DNA of 32,000 nucleotides from Mastigocladopsis repens PCC 10914 (GCF_000315565.1 NZ_JH992901.1:5362499-5394498); one strand, 5' to 3'; positions 9,305 to 18,980 are shown, counted from the stretch's first letter. Made by a program: numbers and translations. The notes: generated from the letters alone by a model not told the origin.

Positions 9305-11716
9305 TTACCTTTGCATATGTTGTTCCAAAATTTTTTCAGCCCTAGGTTTGTAGAGCAGATGGAATAAAGTTTCCAGGTAGCGAGATCTAGCTTCGCCGCT
9401 TTCTTGATTGACAAAGTTCCAAAAGCTATAGATTTTAGAGAGCAATAACAACTGCTTGGTATGTAACTGCCAGTTATATTTGTTACGGATGTGCTGAATT
9501 GCCCACTCTGATATTTTATCCCAGTGTTCTAGATAAGCATTGCACTGGTCAACAAAGTTCAATATCGTTTTGGCTGTTCCTTCTAGGTCTGTTGGATTAA
9601 GATGAAAACCATTTTCTCCATCTTCGATAATTTCTAAGGAACCGCCAAATTGAGTGGCGAAAGTTGGCAACCCGGAACTCATAGCTTCGAGAATGGTTCG
9701 TCCGAAGGCATCAAAGCGGGCAAAATGGACGAAAATTCCGGCAAAATCCGCAATAACACGGTATGCTTCCCCAAGGTCAGCAATGGGCAGCTGTATTCCC
9801 ACCCAACGGATGTGACCGTGAAGATTATACTCGTTGATAATGTTGTGGAGTCTTTCGATTTCTCCTGCTTCTTCTGAATTTATGGCTTGGTGTGGATGCA
9901 GCTTATCAGTCACAATAATTAAGTTGCAACGCTCCTGCAATTCCTGACTTTTGCCAAAGCATTCGGCCAAGCCGGCAAGGTTATCGATAGGAGTGATGGC
10001 ACCAACCGCGAAGATGGGTCGCTTGCTTTGGTTATCCAAGTGTCCGAGAATTTGGGGGTCTTCGCGGGTAAAAAGTAGGTCTTGGACTCTTTTGCTAACA
10101 GAAATATCTCGGTCTTGTATTTGGTTATAGGGGAAGAAGATATTTTCATTGACCCCTGGCGGTATCTTGTTGAACTTAGGACTAAACAGGTCAATCCCAT
10201 CGACCACATGATACAGCTCGGGCATAGTAAAACATTTGTAAGACTCATACTGACCCAGTGTGTCGGGTGTCCCCACAATTTCCTGGTAGGTGGATGTGAT
10301 GATGAAGTCTGCTGCATTCATCCCGATGATATCAGCAGTGTATTGTGCGCTAAAGTGGTATTTATCCTCTAAATCATGCCAGTACAAGTTACTGAACAGG
10401 TGTTTGGGCTTTTCTAAAGAGTGAGCTATGTTGCACTGAGTGACTTTCAGACGGCGCGCCAGCAGAAAGGCAACTAAGTTACCATCGCTGTAGTTGCCAA
10501 TGATCAGATCCGGACTCCCCTGAAACTGTGCAAGGAGTTCTTTTTCTGCATCCAGGGCAAATGTTTCTAAATACGGCCAAATCTCATATTTAGAAATCCA
10601 GTTTTGAGTCACATTAGGATTGAACTCAGCAAAAGGAACGCGCAAAATCCAGGCATTTTCTGTTCCGTCAACTTTTTCCAAGCGTAGGTTGCAGAGTGTT
10701 CCTTCACAATTGGGTATGAGGCGAGTCAGAATGATGACTTGGGGTTGGATACCCAGTAGGTCTAGTCCAGCAAGTTTGATTTCTTCTTGCAGTTTATTTT
10801 CTAAGTGACGAGCTTGCTCAAGAACGTAGATGACTTGACCTGTTGTTTCTGGTCTTCCCAGCACACCTTCTTGGGAAACCCAGCCGTGTATGGAAACGAG
10901 GACAACGCGAAAGACTGTCGGAACACGGGAGACAAAGGCTTCTATGATGGCTGGTTCTGGAGTGTCAATCAGTCGCTTAAGGAGTTCTAAGGTTTCACGA
11001 ACCCGCGATGCGGTGTTACCCCAACCAGGTTCAAAGCCAAGTTCTTGCAGGTCAAAGCGAAATTTTTCGTAGGGTTCGTTATGAGGACGTTCGCTGAGGA
11101 AACTTAGGGCTTGCTTCACTTGTTTGGCGAGCTGGGAACCTGAGAGAATGCGAGCATTGATGAGCAAGGGGATGTCATCGTAAGAACGTCGGTGAAGAAC
11201 GTCAAACAAGACCTCTAACCAGTATTCTGGGTCTGTCAAGACTTGGCTGCACAGGTAACGGTTGAGGAAGCCTAGACCCTGACCAATGTTTCTCGGGTCG
11301 CTAATTCTGGGGTATCCGTGGTAAAATTGGCTGAAGTCAATTTCTAAGATTTGGGGTTGAGAGCGGTTAACTAGGCGATCGCCCACATCTAGTAAAGCCT
11401 TTGAAGTCATTTGCTCGAAGCTTGTCATATTTGCTCCCAGCCGCCAAACTTCTTGGCTACCAATCCTTGGTCGGACAAGGAACCAGGTACTTTCCTCCTC
11501 CGAAATCATTTCATGGGTGTAGTGTATTAGTTTTCCTAGAGAGGAAGAGTGGAAGAAGTAGGCTGGCTTTTGCGAATGCTGACAGTAGTCGGCAAAAGCT
11601 TGCTGAATTTCATTCCTCAGGAAGTACCTTTTACCTGAGGCACTCAGAGCATTGACCAAATGACGCAGAGCAGTTTTCTCATCACTCTTTAAGACAGTTT
11701 GAACCAGTTCATGCAT
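9305..11716 (-). CDS. Sucrose synthase (GT4) paralogue, divergent
   Basis: 803-aa ORF, collinear with cyanobacterial SuSy as I remember it (GFEPGWGNTASRVRETL, TRLIPNCEGTLCN, NAWILRVPF, GNYSDGNLVAFLLA, YESYKCFTMPELYHVV, GLPTFATQFGG). The signature motifs deviate; see findings. Confidence 0.85.
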   Translation of the reverse strand: MHELVQTVLKSDEKTALRHLVNALSASGKRYFLRNEIQQAFADYCQHSQKPAYFFHSSSLGKLIHYTHEMISEEESTWFLVRPRIGSQEVWRLGANMTSFEQMTSKALLDVGDRLVNRSQPQILEIDFSQFYHGYPRISDPRNIGQGLGFLNRYLCSQVLTDPEYWLEVLFDVLHRRSYDDIPLLINARILSGSQLAKQVKQALSFLSERPHNEPYEKFRFDLQELGFEPGWGNTASRVRETLELLKRLIDTPEPAIIEAFVSRVPTVFRVVLVSIHGWVSQEGVLGRPETTGQVIYVLEQARHLENKLQEEIKLAGLDLLGIQPQVIILTRLIPNCEGTLCNLRLEKVDGTENAWILRVPFAEFNPNVTQNWISKYEIWPYLETFALDAEKELLAQFQGSPDLIIGNYSDGNLVAFLLARRLKVTQCNIAHSLEKPKHLFSNLYWHDLEDKYHFSAQYTADIIGMNAADFIITSTYQEIVGTPDTLGQYESYKCFTMPELYHVVDGIDLFSPKFNKIPPGVNENIFFPYNQIQDRDISVSKRVQDLLFTREDPQILGHLDNQSKRPIFAVGAITPIDNLAGLAECFGKSQELQERCNLIIVTDKLHPHQAINSEEAGEIERLHNIINEYNLHGHIRWVGIQLPIADLGEAYRVIADFAGIFVHFARFDAFGRTILEAMSSGLPTFATQFGGSLEIIEDGENGFHLNPTDLEGTAKTILNFVDQCNAYLEHWDKISEWAIQHIRNKYNWQLHTKQLLLLSKIYSFWNFVNQESGEARSRYLETLFHLLYKPRAEKILEQHMQR

Positions 11717-12038
11717 GGCAAACCTCTGAACATTAGCTAGACCAAGACCTCATTCTTCTCCACGTAACCTGAAAATAACTCTGGTTCCCGTATCAACGTT
11801 TCTAAAAGAGGGTTATTTATCCCCTACGTTAGCGCATATCTCAGTTAAGAGAGCAGCTTCTACAGAAAGGTTTTAGGTATCTGTTTGAAATCTAAAACTA
11901 TTTAGGAGTTAGTAGCCTTTTATTTTACTCTTAAAAGCGATGTAATATATATTACTTTTTTTTATGGTTGCTTATTTGCTGCCTGTAACGCATTCAAACT
12001 ACATTTTTTCTGATTAAAGTTGTTCTTAGCCAATAATC

Positions 12039-12096
12039 ATTAGTCGTTTATCTTGGTCATGTTAGTCGTTTTTCATGACAAAGATAAACGACTAAT
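12039..12096. repeat. Near-perfect inverted repeat (hairpin) with 23-bp arms and a 12-nt loop
   Basis: Left arm attagtcgtttatcttGgtcatg (12039..12061) pairs with catgacAaagataaacgactaat (12074..12096), 22 of 23 positions. The loop ttagtcgttttt repeats the ttagtcgttt of the left arm. Confidence 0.8.
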
Positions 12097-12816
12097 TATG
12101 AGATGCTCCTCTACCGTTTGGCTCAAGACAAAAGTCGAATTTTCATCTAAGACTAAAAACAACAACGTTTTACTAAATTAACCATGATTATCTTTTTTCG
12201 GTAACTATCCTAATATGAAAACTCTTTGCTATACTCCTAATAGGTATTAATTCCTTTGTCTTAATTAAGATAAATGCAGAAATATTTCTGTGTTATCTTG
12301 AAGCTCCTTAGTTAGAACCTTTTTTTTCTAACTTCTGAATTCAAAATCGTAAAACCATTTCGTAAGGAGAAAGGTGAAATGGAGGCTTCTGGTAGTAGTA
12401 GTAGCCAAACTACTATTGAGGAATCCATCGTGTCTGACGAAGACCCAGACCAGAGTTCCTGCCGTGGACAGTTGACGAATTCTGTGATGAATCTGCCCCT
12501 ACTGGCTCTCATATAGAGTTATGCGGTTCATCTCTGGTCGGCACTGGGCACAGCGACTGCAAAAAAAGGAGATGAACGATGCAAAGTTTAATTTCAACTG
12601 CATAATTTATAGTTCCCAGTTCCTGAACTTTTGAGAAGATGTCAAGGAGTTGGGTTATCGTCTTTGTCATCGATTTTTCCTATCACAACAGTCATGCATG
12701 AATTAGGCTGATCTCTGATTTTTTATTTAAAAAATCAGCATATTTCATCATGCAAAGTGGTGAAAACATGTAATTCAAGCATGACAAATTGAACAAATCA
12801 GTATCCAGCAAATAGT

Positions 12817-13106
12817 AGATTTCTTGCAAAAGTCAATTATCTTTAAAAATAAACCATAGATGTAGGCGTAAGTCGTGCCGTAGGCTACACGAGATTTACA
12901 CAGATAATTCATCAGTGTGCATCGGTACGGCAGTTGCTACAACGGGGGGAACCCCCCGTGCCTCCTGCGGAGGAGCTTTGCTAACGCGTAGCGTGCGCTT
13001 TGCGCTCAGTTTGCCCGGAGGGAAACCCTCCTTGCAACTTCTCTCCGCAACGCACTGCCTCGTCCATCAGTGGTTTTATAAAAAAATATACTTTTGCAAG
13101 AGTTCT
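12817..13106. mobile_element. MITE-like non-autonomous element: AT-rich imperfect terminal inverted repeats around a GC-rich multi-hairpin core
   Basis: cttgcaaaagt (12823..12833) is the exact reverse complement of acttttgcaag (13090..13100). The inverted similarity extends inward imperfectly for about 45 nt (..aaaccatagatg / catcagtggttt..). The core holds the short GC hairpins gggggg-aa-cccccc, cctcc-tgc-ggagg and ggaggg-aaa-ccctcc. No transposase is present. Confidence 0.55.
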
Positions 13107-13162
13107 AGTGAATAATTATTAGTCTTGCGTCTTCTTACTGATAACTGTTCACTGTACAAAAC

Positions 13163-15295
13163 TTGATTCGTAAAACTGTATTCCCACAAGAAATTTCATA
13201 CCGTAATAGACGTGAAGCTATGCAAGTTTCGTTACCATCGCTGTTTAAACTACGCCAGGAGAAACCTCAGCCCCTACGACCATCAATGCCTGTGGTGCAA
13301 GAAGCAAACACCGAATTAGGGAAATTACTGGTATTCCTCAATACTAGCCGTAAGGGATTGACCGAAGCAGAAGCTTGCCATCGGCTCAAGCAGTATGGCT
13401 GCAATGAAGTGACCTATGGAAAACCTGCGAAGTGGTATTTCCTACTGCTAAATTCTTTTAATAACTCTCTCATCTATATCTTCATGGGGTTGGCGATTGT
13501 CTCCTACCTGACCAAAAACATGGAGATAACGATTGTGCTGATGCTCCTGGTGATGGTGAGGGGATTACTGTGCTTTGTGCAGGAGTATTATTCTATACAA
13601 ACAGAGGAAAAACTCAAGGCAATGGTGAGTGTGACTGCTACTGTTAGCCGCTTGGACAAACGCTTTAATCGCGAACGGCGTAAAGAAATTCCCATCAAGG
13701 ACTTGGTGCCAGGGGATATTGTTCACTTATCAGCTGGAGACATGATACCAGCTGATGTACGACTACTGTTTACCAAGGATTTGTTTGTCAGCCAAGCAGT
13801 TCTCCTTCAAGAAGCCCTTTCCCTTAAGAAACACAACACTTTGGGCAGTGTGGTTGAGAAGATGGCAATTAGTCACAGTCGCAACAGCAGAGATCCGTTG
13901 GACACGTCCACAGTTGGCTTTATGGGAACAAGCGTAGTCAGTGGCACAGCAATAGCAGTCATAGTTGCAACCGGCAAGCGCACCTGCTTGGGTTGGCTGG
14001 CAAAGAATATGGCTAGCAAACAGGCGTTGACTAGTTTTGGAAAAGGGGTTAACGGTTGGAACTGGAGACTGATTGGCTTGATAGCGGTTATGGTGTCAGT
14101 TGTGTTCCTGCTCAATGGCATTGGTAAGGGGAACTGGGCGATCGCCACTTTCTTAACTCCACAAATATTGCACATGATTGTCACGGTGAACCTAGCACAG
14201 AAAGCCTTAGCGATGGCAAAGCAGAAGGTCATCATCAAGCGCCTGAGTGCCATTCAAAACTTGGGTGCGATGAATATACTTTGTACCGATAAGACAGGCA
14301 TACTGACCCAAGGCAAAATTACTTTGGAGCGATATACCGATATTCATGGTCAAGAAAACGAGGAACCCCTCAAGTACGGCTATCTCAATACTTACTACCA
14401 GACGGGTTTGAAGAACCTGCTAGATGTCGCTTTACTAAAGCACGTAGAACAGAAAACCACCTTAAAACCCGCAGAGGAATACTGCAAAGTGGATGAAGTG
14501 CCCTTTGACTTTGTTCGTCATCGGATGTCAGTGGTCTTGAAATACCAACAGCAGCACATATTGATTTGCAAGGGAGCAGTGGAAGAAATTGCTCGCCTCT
14601 GCACTCACGCCAAATTCAATGGGCAGGTTGTTCCCATGAGCGAGTCCTTGAATCAAGAAGTATTGCAAGTGACACGGAGACTAAATGAAGAAGGGCTGCG
14701 CGTGATTGCTGTTGCTTACAAGGAGGTTTCTCCACCCAAAGATAAGTATGAAATTAAAGATGAAAGCAACCTCATACTGGTGGGTTATCTAGCCTTCTTC
14801 GACCCACCTAACGATAGTGCTGCAGAGGCACTTGCTACCTTTCAAGAGCATGGGGTTAGTGTTAAGGTGATCACAGGCAACAACGATATTGTCACTCGTA
14901 AAATCTGCAAACAAGTAGGACTCTACGTTCACCATAGCGTCCTGGGTAGTGAGGTGGAACGCATGAGTGATGAAGAACTGGCAGACATCGTGGACACCAC
15001 CACAGTGTTTGCCAAAATGTCGCCTATGCAAAAAGCCCGGGTTATCGGTATCCTAAAGCGCAAAGGTCATATAGTTGGCTACATAGGCGATAGCATTAAC
15101 GATGCTGTATCGCTACGAAATGCCAATATTGCTATTTCCGTCGATACCGGTGTAGATATTGCCAGAGAGTCATCAGACATTATCCTACTGGAAAAAAGCC
15201 TAAAGGTTTTGGAAAAGGGTGTCATTGAAGGTCGTCGAATTTTCGGCAGGCGATATTACTCTTGGCGAGACTCATTCCTAGGAAGCGTAGAATAA
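13163..15295 (+). pseudogene. mgtA: mgtA-like Mg2+-type P-type ATPase, degenerate and truncated at the 3' end; the reading frame is still open, with a probable ATG at 13220
   Basis: Collinear with E. coli MgtA as I remember it, through the A, P and N domains. Signature motifs are altered: LTGESLPVEK to LLQEALSLKK, LTPEMLPMIV to LTPQILHMIV with about 6 residues missing in M4, DKTGTLT to DKTGILT, TGD to TGN, GDGINDAP to GDSINDAV. The frame ends at GVIEGRRIFGRRYYSW.., before M5-M10. Confidence 0.7.
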
Positions 15296-15321
15296 TTGGT
15301 TTAGAAGATTGGAATCAAGTG

Positions 15322-15831
15322 CTATTTCAATGACAAAATCTCAAACTCAAACTCCAAATTGTGACTGTTGAGAAAATTGTGAGTGAAATGATCCACCACA
15401 TTTGTATTACTTAATTCCAAATTGTAAAAATCCACGGTTTCATGCTCAAAATAGGGTCCAGCGTGCCAAGTTCCTACCTCCAACTTGATAAAGCAATTTC
15501 CTGGAATGCGGAAAGCAGCAATGTCTTCTAGAGATGGTTCATCTATATTATTATTAGGAGGACAAACGGCAATCAACCAGTCCTTCCCTTCCAATGAACC
15601 CAAACATTGAGTGCATTGCACATGGCGAGTGATGGTGTGAAATTTCCGCCCTCTGCGGTGCAGCTGCATGATATAAAAGCGGGGAATACCTTTGTCAAGT
15701 ACGAGTTGAGCATCTTCTGCATCAAACGATGTGCCGTCTAACTGAGCAAAAATCACCTGTCCGTATCGACGGAAATTTTCCGGAGTTATCCATTCAGCCC
15801 GCAATTGTTGAACCGTCTTTGATATAGCCAT
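15322..15831 (-). CDS. Ureidoglycolate lyase (AllA) family-like cupin protein
   Basis: 169-aa ORF. ITPENFRRYGQVI ... HTITRHVQCTQCLGSLEGKDWLIAVCPP ... AFRIPGNCFIKLEVGTWHAGPYF resembles the AllA family pattern. Confidence 0.5.
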   Translation of the reverse strand: MAISKTVQQLRAEWITPENFRRYGQVIFAQLDGTSFDAEDAQLVLDKGIPRFYIMQLHRRGRKFHTITRHVQCTQCLGSLEGKDWLIAVCPPNNNIDEPSLEDIAAFRIPGNCFIKLEVGTWHAGPYFEHETVDFYNLELSNTNVVDHFTHNFLNSHNLEFEFEILSLK

Positions 15832-15915
15832 ATCGACTCCGCTTGCACCCTCATTATTTTACCTCTGTTCTATCTCCTGTTTAGAAGCGGTTACCCAGAG
15901 GTCTGCAAAAGGGAC

Positions 15916-16356
15916 TCACTGCAATTGTTCCAGTTCCTTGGGAATGAGAGACTTGGGAATGATGGAAGCTTGTTTTTCTGGATTTGAAGGTTTTGTATAC
16001 CACCAAGCCCAGGCAATTAAAACCGCCTGAAAAGGAAGTCTTACAGCTTGTAACCAGGGCGAATTTGGTATATGTTCAATCTGAATGTTATTAACGGCCA
16101 TGTTGATATTGGCTGGAAAAACAGCGATAAAAAGAGCAATTAGTCCCCAAGCAGTAGCTTGACTTAGAGGTGGGACTAATAACCCAATACCACCCAAAAT
16201 CTCATAAAAGCCACTCAGATAAACTAATTGTAGAGGGTAGGGCAGTTGCGGCGGCACAATTTTGACATATTGGTCTGGAGACGTAAAGTGCGTTACTCCG
16301 GCGACAATCATACATACAGCAAGGATGACACGAAAGATTTCCTTGATATTGTTCAT
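15916..16356 (-). CDS. DoxX-like (DoxX_2) small membrane protein
   Basis: 146-aa ORF with four hydrophobic helices. AGVTHFTSPDQYVKIVPPQLPYP ... LSGFYEILGGIGLL ... AVFPANINMA is typical of the family. Confidence 0.65.
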   Translation of the reverse strand: MNNIKEIFRVILAVCMIVAGVTHFTSPDQYVKIVPPQLPYPLQLVYLSGFYEILGGIGLLVPPLSQATAWGLIALFIAVFPANINMAVNNIQIEHIPNSPWLQAVRLPFQAVLIAWAWWYTKPSNPEKQASIIPKSLIPKELEQLQ

Positions 16357-16617
16357 CTGTTCCCTTTGACTGTTTAGTTGCGTCCACTCCTTCAGTTTGT
16401 TTGCCTGATGTTACTCTGTCTTCAGTCGAGAGTGGGAAGATGGGAGGATAAGGAGACTGCATTAAAAAAGCAACAGTTTGACCCCTCCCACGCCTTAACT
16501 TGTCACGCATCGGTTAAGCTTTAACCCACGTTCCGGTTAGTGTCACGAAGTTTTCGCAACTGGCAAAGGACAATTTTAGAACGCCGTTATAGCAGCGATT
16601 CCACTATCCTCAGCCGT

Positions 16618-17160
16618 TTATTGCCGTCTGCGCTTCAGCAATGAACCTCCACCTAAAGCACCAACGACCAAGAAAGTCAGTGTAGAAGAAGGTTCAGGAA
16701 CGGAAGTGGTTTTAACTTCGATAATACCCCTCAAAACATTCTGACCATTTAGGTCGTTCCAACCTCCGGCTGTATGTTGGTTCATCGCAGTATAGTCTTC
16801 ACTACCATCATAATTATTTGGCTCACTTAGAACCCAATTTTTAAATATGACAGGTTCCTCACTAATCCATTCAAATACACCTTCTTCATCTTGATCAGTA
16901 AACCCAATCCAGAAAGATTCAGTAGTGCCGAACGCACTCAGAAGAAAATTATGCTCATTAATATCGTTGACAGTAACCAGGCTTCCTCCAGCAGCTTGTG
17001 CTTGTGCTTGAGCATTAGTCCATGTAGTTGTGGTAGTTAAAGAATATGTACTGCCATTGAAGGTGACTGCTTGTGCTATATCGGCTGTTACCAGGGTAAT
17101 AAGCGCTACTCCTCCACCGACCACAGAACCGATAATATTTGCTAATTTCATAGAATTCAT
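16618..17160 (-). CDS. Secreted C-type lectin domain protein with a PEP-CTERM sorting signal
   Basis: The likely start is MNSMKLANII.. (17160), or the MKL start at 17151, followed by a signal peptide ending DIAQA. CTLD hallmarks are WTNAQAQAQAAGGSLVTV, FWIGFTDQDEEGVFEW, EPN and WND. The C-terminus VPEPSSTLTFLVVGALGGGSLLKRRRQ is a PEP-CTERM signal. Confidence 0.75.
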   Translation of the reverse strand: MNSMKLANIIGSVVGGGVALITLVTADIAQAVTFNGSTYSLTTTTTWTNAQAQAQAAGGSLVTVNDINEHNFLLSAFGTTESFWIGFTDQDEEGVFEWISEEPVIFKNWVLSEPNNYDGSEDYTAMNQHTAGGWNDLNGQNVLRGIIEVKTTSVPEPSSTLTFLVVGALGGGSLLKRRRQ

Positions 17161-17269
17161 TCTTTGTTTAAGGCTGATGCATTTCACACCAGTTATTGAT
17201 ATATCCAAACTACGCGGTAAGAAAATTGGAGTGGTGAAGTTCAAGTGAAATATACTTTATGTTCCGTAA

Positions 17270-17926
17270 GTTTAGCAGCAATTTTTGATGAGGTTATGGT
17301 AATGAGTGATCGGATTGCGGTGATGTACACAGGTGAGTTTGTAGGTATTTTGGATGCAAGGACAGCATCCAGCGTGTGCCGGGAATTGAACCAATTGTCA
17401 TTCGTGGTCTTGTGAATATTCCCCTAATCGGGCCTTTGCTATTCCATCAGGAGATTGTCGTATATTTACTGATGATTTTAGTTTTTCTAAGCACCTATAG
17501 TTTGTTTAAACCAGCCTTGGTCTTACCTTACGATCTGTAGGAGAATATCCCAAAGCTACTAACACGGCTGGGGTTCGGGTGTAACAGGTGCGTTACCTTG
17601 CTGTCGTCATCAGTGGTTGTCTAGCTGCGTTGGGAGGTGCTTATTTAACTTTGGAGCAGATAAAATACTTTGCCGAGGGGATGAGTGCGGGGAAAGGTTT
17701 TATTGCCATAGCAGCCTTAATTTTTGGTAAGTGGTATCCTTTAGAAACTGGGTTGGCTTGCTTGCTGTTTGGTGCTAATATCCCTTATCAATTTTTGATT
17801 ATGCGACCCTATTTAACAGCTATGCTTGCCCTTGTTGGTATTAGGTGGTCAGTCTACACCTCCAGCAGCTTTGGGAGTCCTCTACTTGCAAGACAACCCA
17901 CGAGACTAAAGCTCTATCGAATTTAA
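17270..17926 (+). pseudogene. Remnants of an ABC transporter operon: the C-terminal piece of an ATPase plus a fragmented permease
   Basis: IFDEVMVMSDRIAVMYTGEFVGILD is an ABC ATPase tail. The permease pieces lie in several frames: IPLIGPLLFHQEIVVYLLMILVF, then SLGLTLRSVGEYPKATNTAGVRV, an in-frame TAA at 17582..17584, then RYLAVVISGCLAALGGAYLTL...GKGFIAIAALIFGKW. The terminal GGQSTPPAALGVLY is in another frame. Confidence 0.75.
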
Positions 17927-18172
17927 CCAAAGCTAAATTTTTTCAACTGACACTTGACGAAATCCTTATCTAACATAATGATATTTGCTTGATGTTGCCA
18001 CTAGCTCATCGTGTTCTTCCCTAAATATCAGCGCAGAGACACTTTGCCTAGTGAGTCACAGACGAGTCAATCCATCTCAAGCCGCTAACAGCCGCTTAGA
18101 GGAAGCCTCGTACATCTTGCTAACATGATGCTTCCCTAAAAACAAGTTTTTTAGTGACGACGGTTTTGATGT

Positions 18173-18595
18173 ATGTGGTCTCTCTTTAAAGGCAACGAGT
18201 TATCTATGTATAGGCAGCCATTGGTTTTAGTTGTAGAACAAGATTTACACTATTTAGAACTTCTCAATTCTCACTTTAAGTTACTAAAATTATCGTGTAT
18301 TTGTGCCAAACAAGGAATCAAGGCTTTGATTTTGTCGCAAACCCACCAACCAGATTTAATTCTGCTAGATATTGCACTACCTGATTTAAATGGTTTACAA
18401 GTTATTCATTACTTGAAGCGAAACCCAGAGACAACGATGATTCCAATTATTGGAGTGACAGTTTTAACAAGCGAACAAGACGGGGATTCCATTCTTCTAG
18501 CAGGAGCTGATGATTGCATTACCAAACCATATAATTTTCCTCAATTAGAAGCAGCTATCCACTGCCATCTTAATCGGGTACACTCTTACAATTAG
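18173..18595 (+). CDS. Single-domain CheY-like response regulator receiver
   Basis: 140-aa ORF with LVLVVEQD, PDLILLDIALPDLNG, IPIIGVT and ITKPYNFPQLEAAI. The true start may be the internal Met at 18206. Confidence 0.8.
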   Translation: MWSLFKGNELSMYRQPLVLVVEQDLHYLELLNSHFKLLKLSCICAKQGIKALILSQTHQPDLILLDIALPDLNGLQVIHYLKRNPETTMIPIIGVTVLTSEQDGDSILLAGADDCITKPYNFPQLEAAIHCHLNRVHSYN

Positions 18596-18980
18596 CCTTA
18601 GGAATACTTTCACAATTGCGAACCTCTGGCAATGCTTCTAAAAAAATAATAATACCAGTGCGACCTGTTGTTAAACTTGTATTTATCAATAGGTCTACCA
18701 CTATTTTTTTTATGACTCCCTCAATCAAATCTTTGAGTTGTGGGGCAATTATTTTGTTTAAATCTAATCGCACTTGTTCAGCCAAACTCTTATAACCTTC
18801 TGTTATGAGAGTTTGCTCAGGACGGGTCACAGAATTTTCTATAGAGATTGCCAATTCTTTATCAAAAAATTGGCAAATGATTTTTCCTGTTTGATGCCCA
18901 AGTTGATTCCTATACAAGGAGCGGATACGATTTGTTATTTCTCTTTCTAGTTGTCCAATTGTAGGTTTAGACATTTTCAT
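18570..18980 (-). CDS. DUF2294-family protein
   Basis: The likely start is MKMSKPTIGQLEREITNRIRSLYRNQLGHQ.. at 18980; the upstream extension in the ORF track has no support. Its 3' end overlaps the convergent receiver gene by 26 nt. Confidence 0.55.
   Translation of the reverse strand: MKMSKPTIGQLEREITNRIRSLYRNQLGHQTGKIICQFFDKELAISIENSVTRPEQTLITEGYKSLAEQVRLDLNKIIAPQLKDLIEGVIKKIVVDLLINTSLTTGRTGIIIFLEALPEVRNCESIPKANCKSVPD

Noticed and set aside
11942-11955. Perfect NtcA-type palindrome GTA-N8-TAC (gtaatatatattac), 226 nt upstream of the sucrose synthase start
   Set aside because: The N8 is a pure AT repeat in a very AT-rich region. No -10 box sits at the canonical roughly 22-nt distance on either strand. 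It is likely a chance match.
12915-13115. 66-aa ORF (MCIGTAVATTGGTPRASCGG..)
   Set aside because: It lies entirely within the GC-rich hairpin core of the MITE-like element. The low-complexity peptide is what translated repeats typically produce.
16202-16510. 102-aa minus-strand ORF overlapping the 5' end of the DoxX-like gene
   Set aside because: It is an out-of-frame overlap with a well-supported membrane-protein gene, and its sequence is not protein-like.
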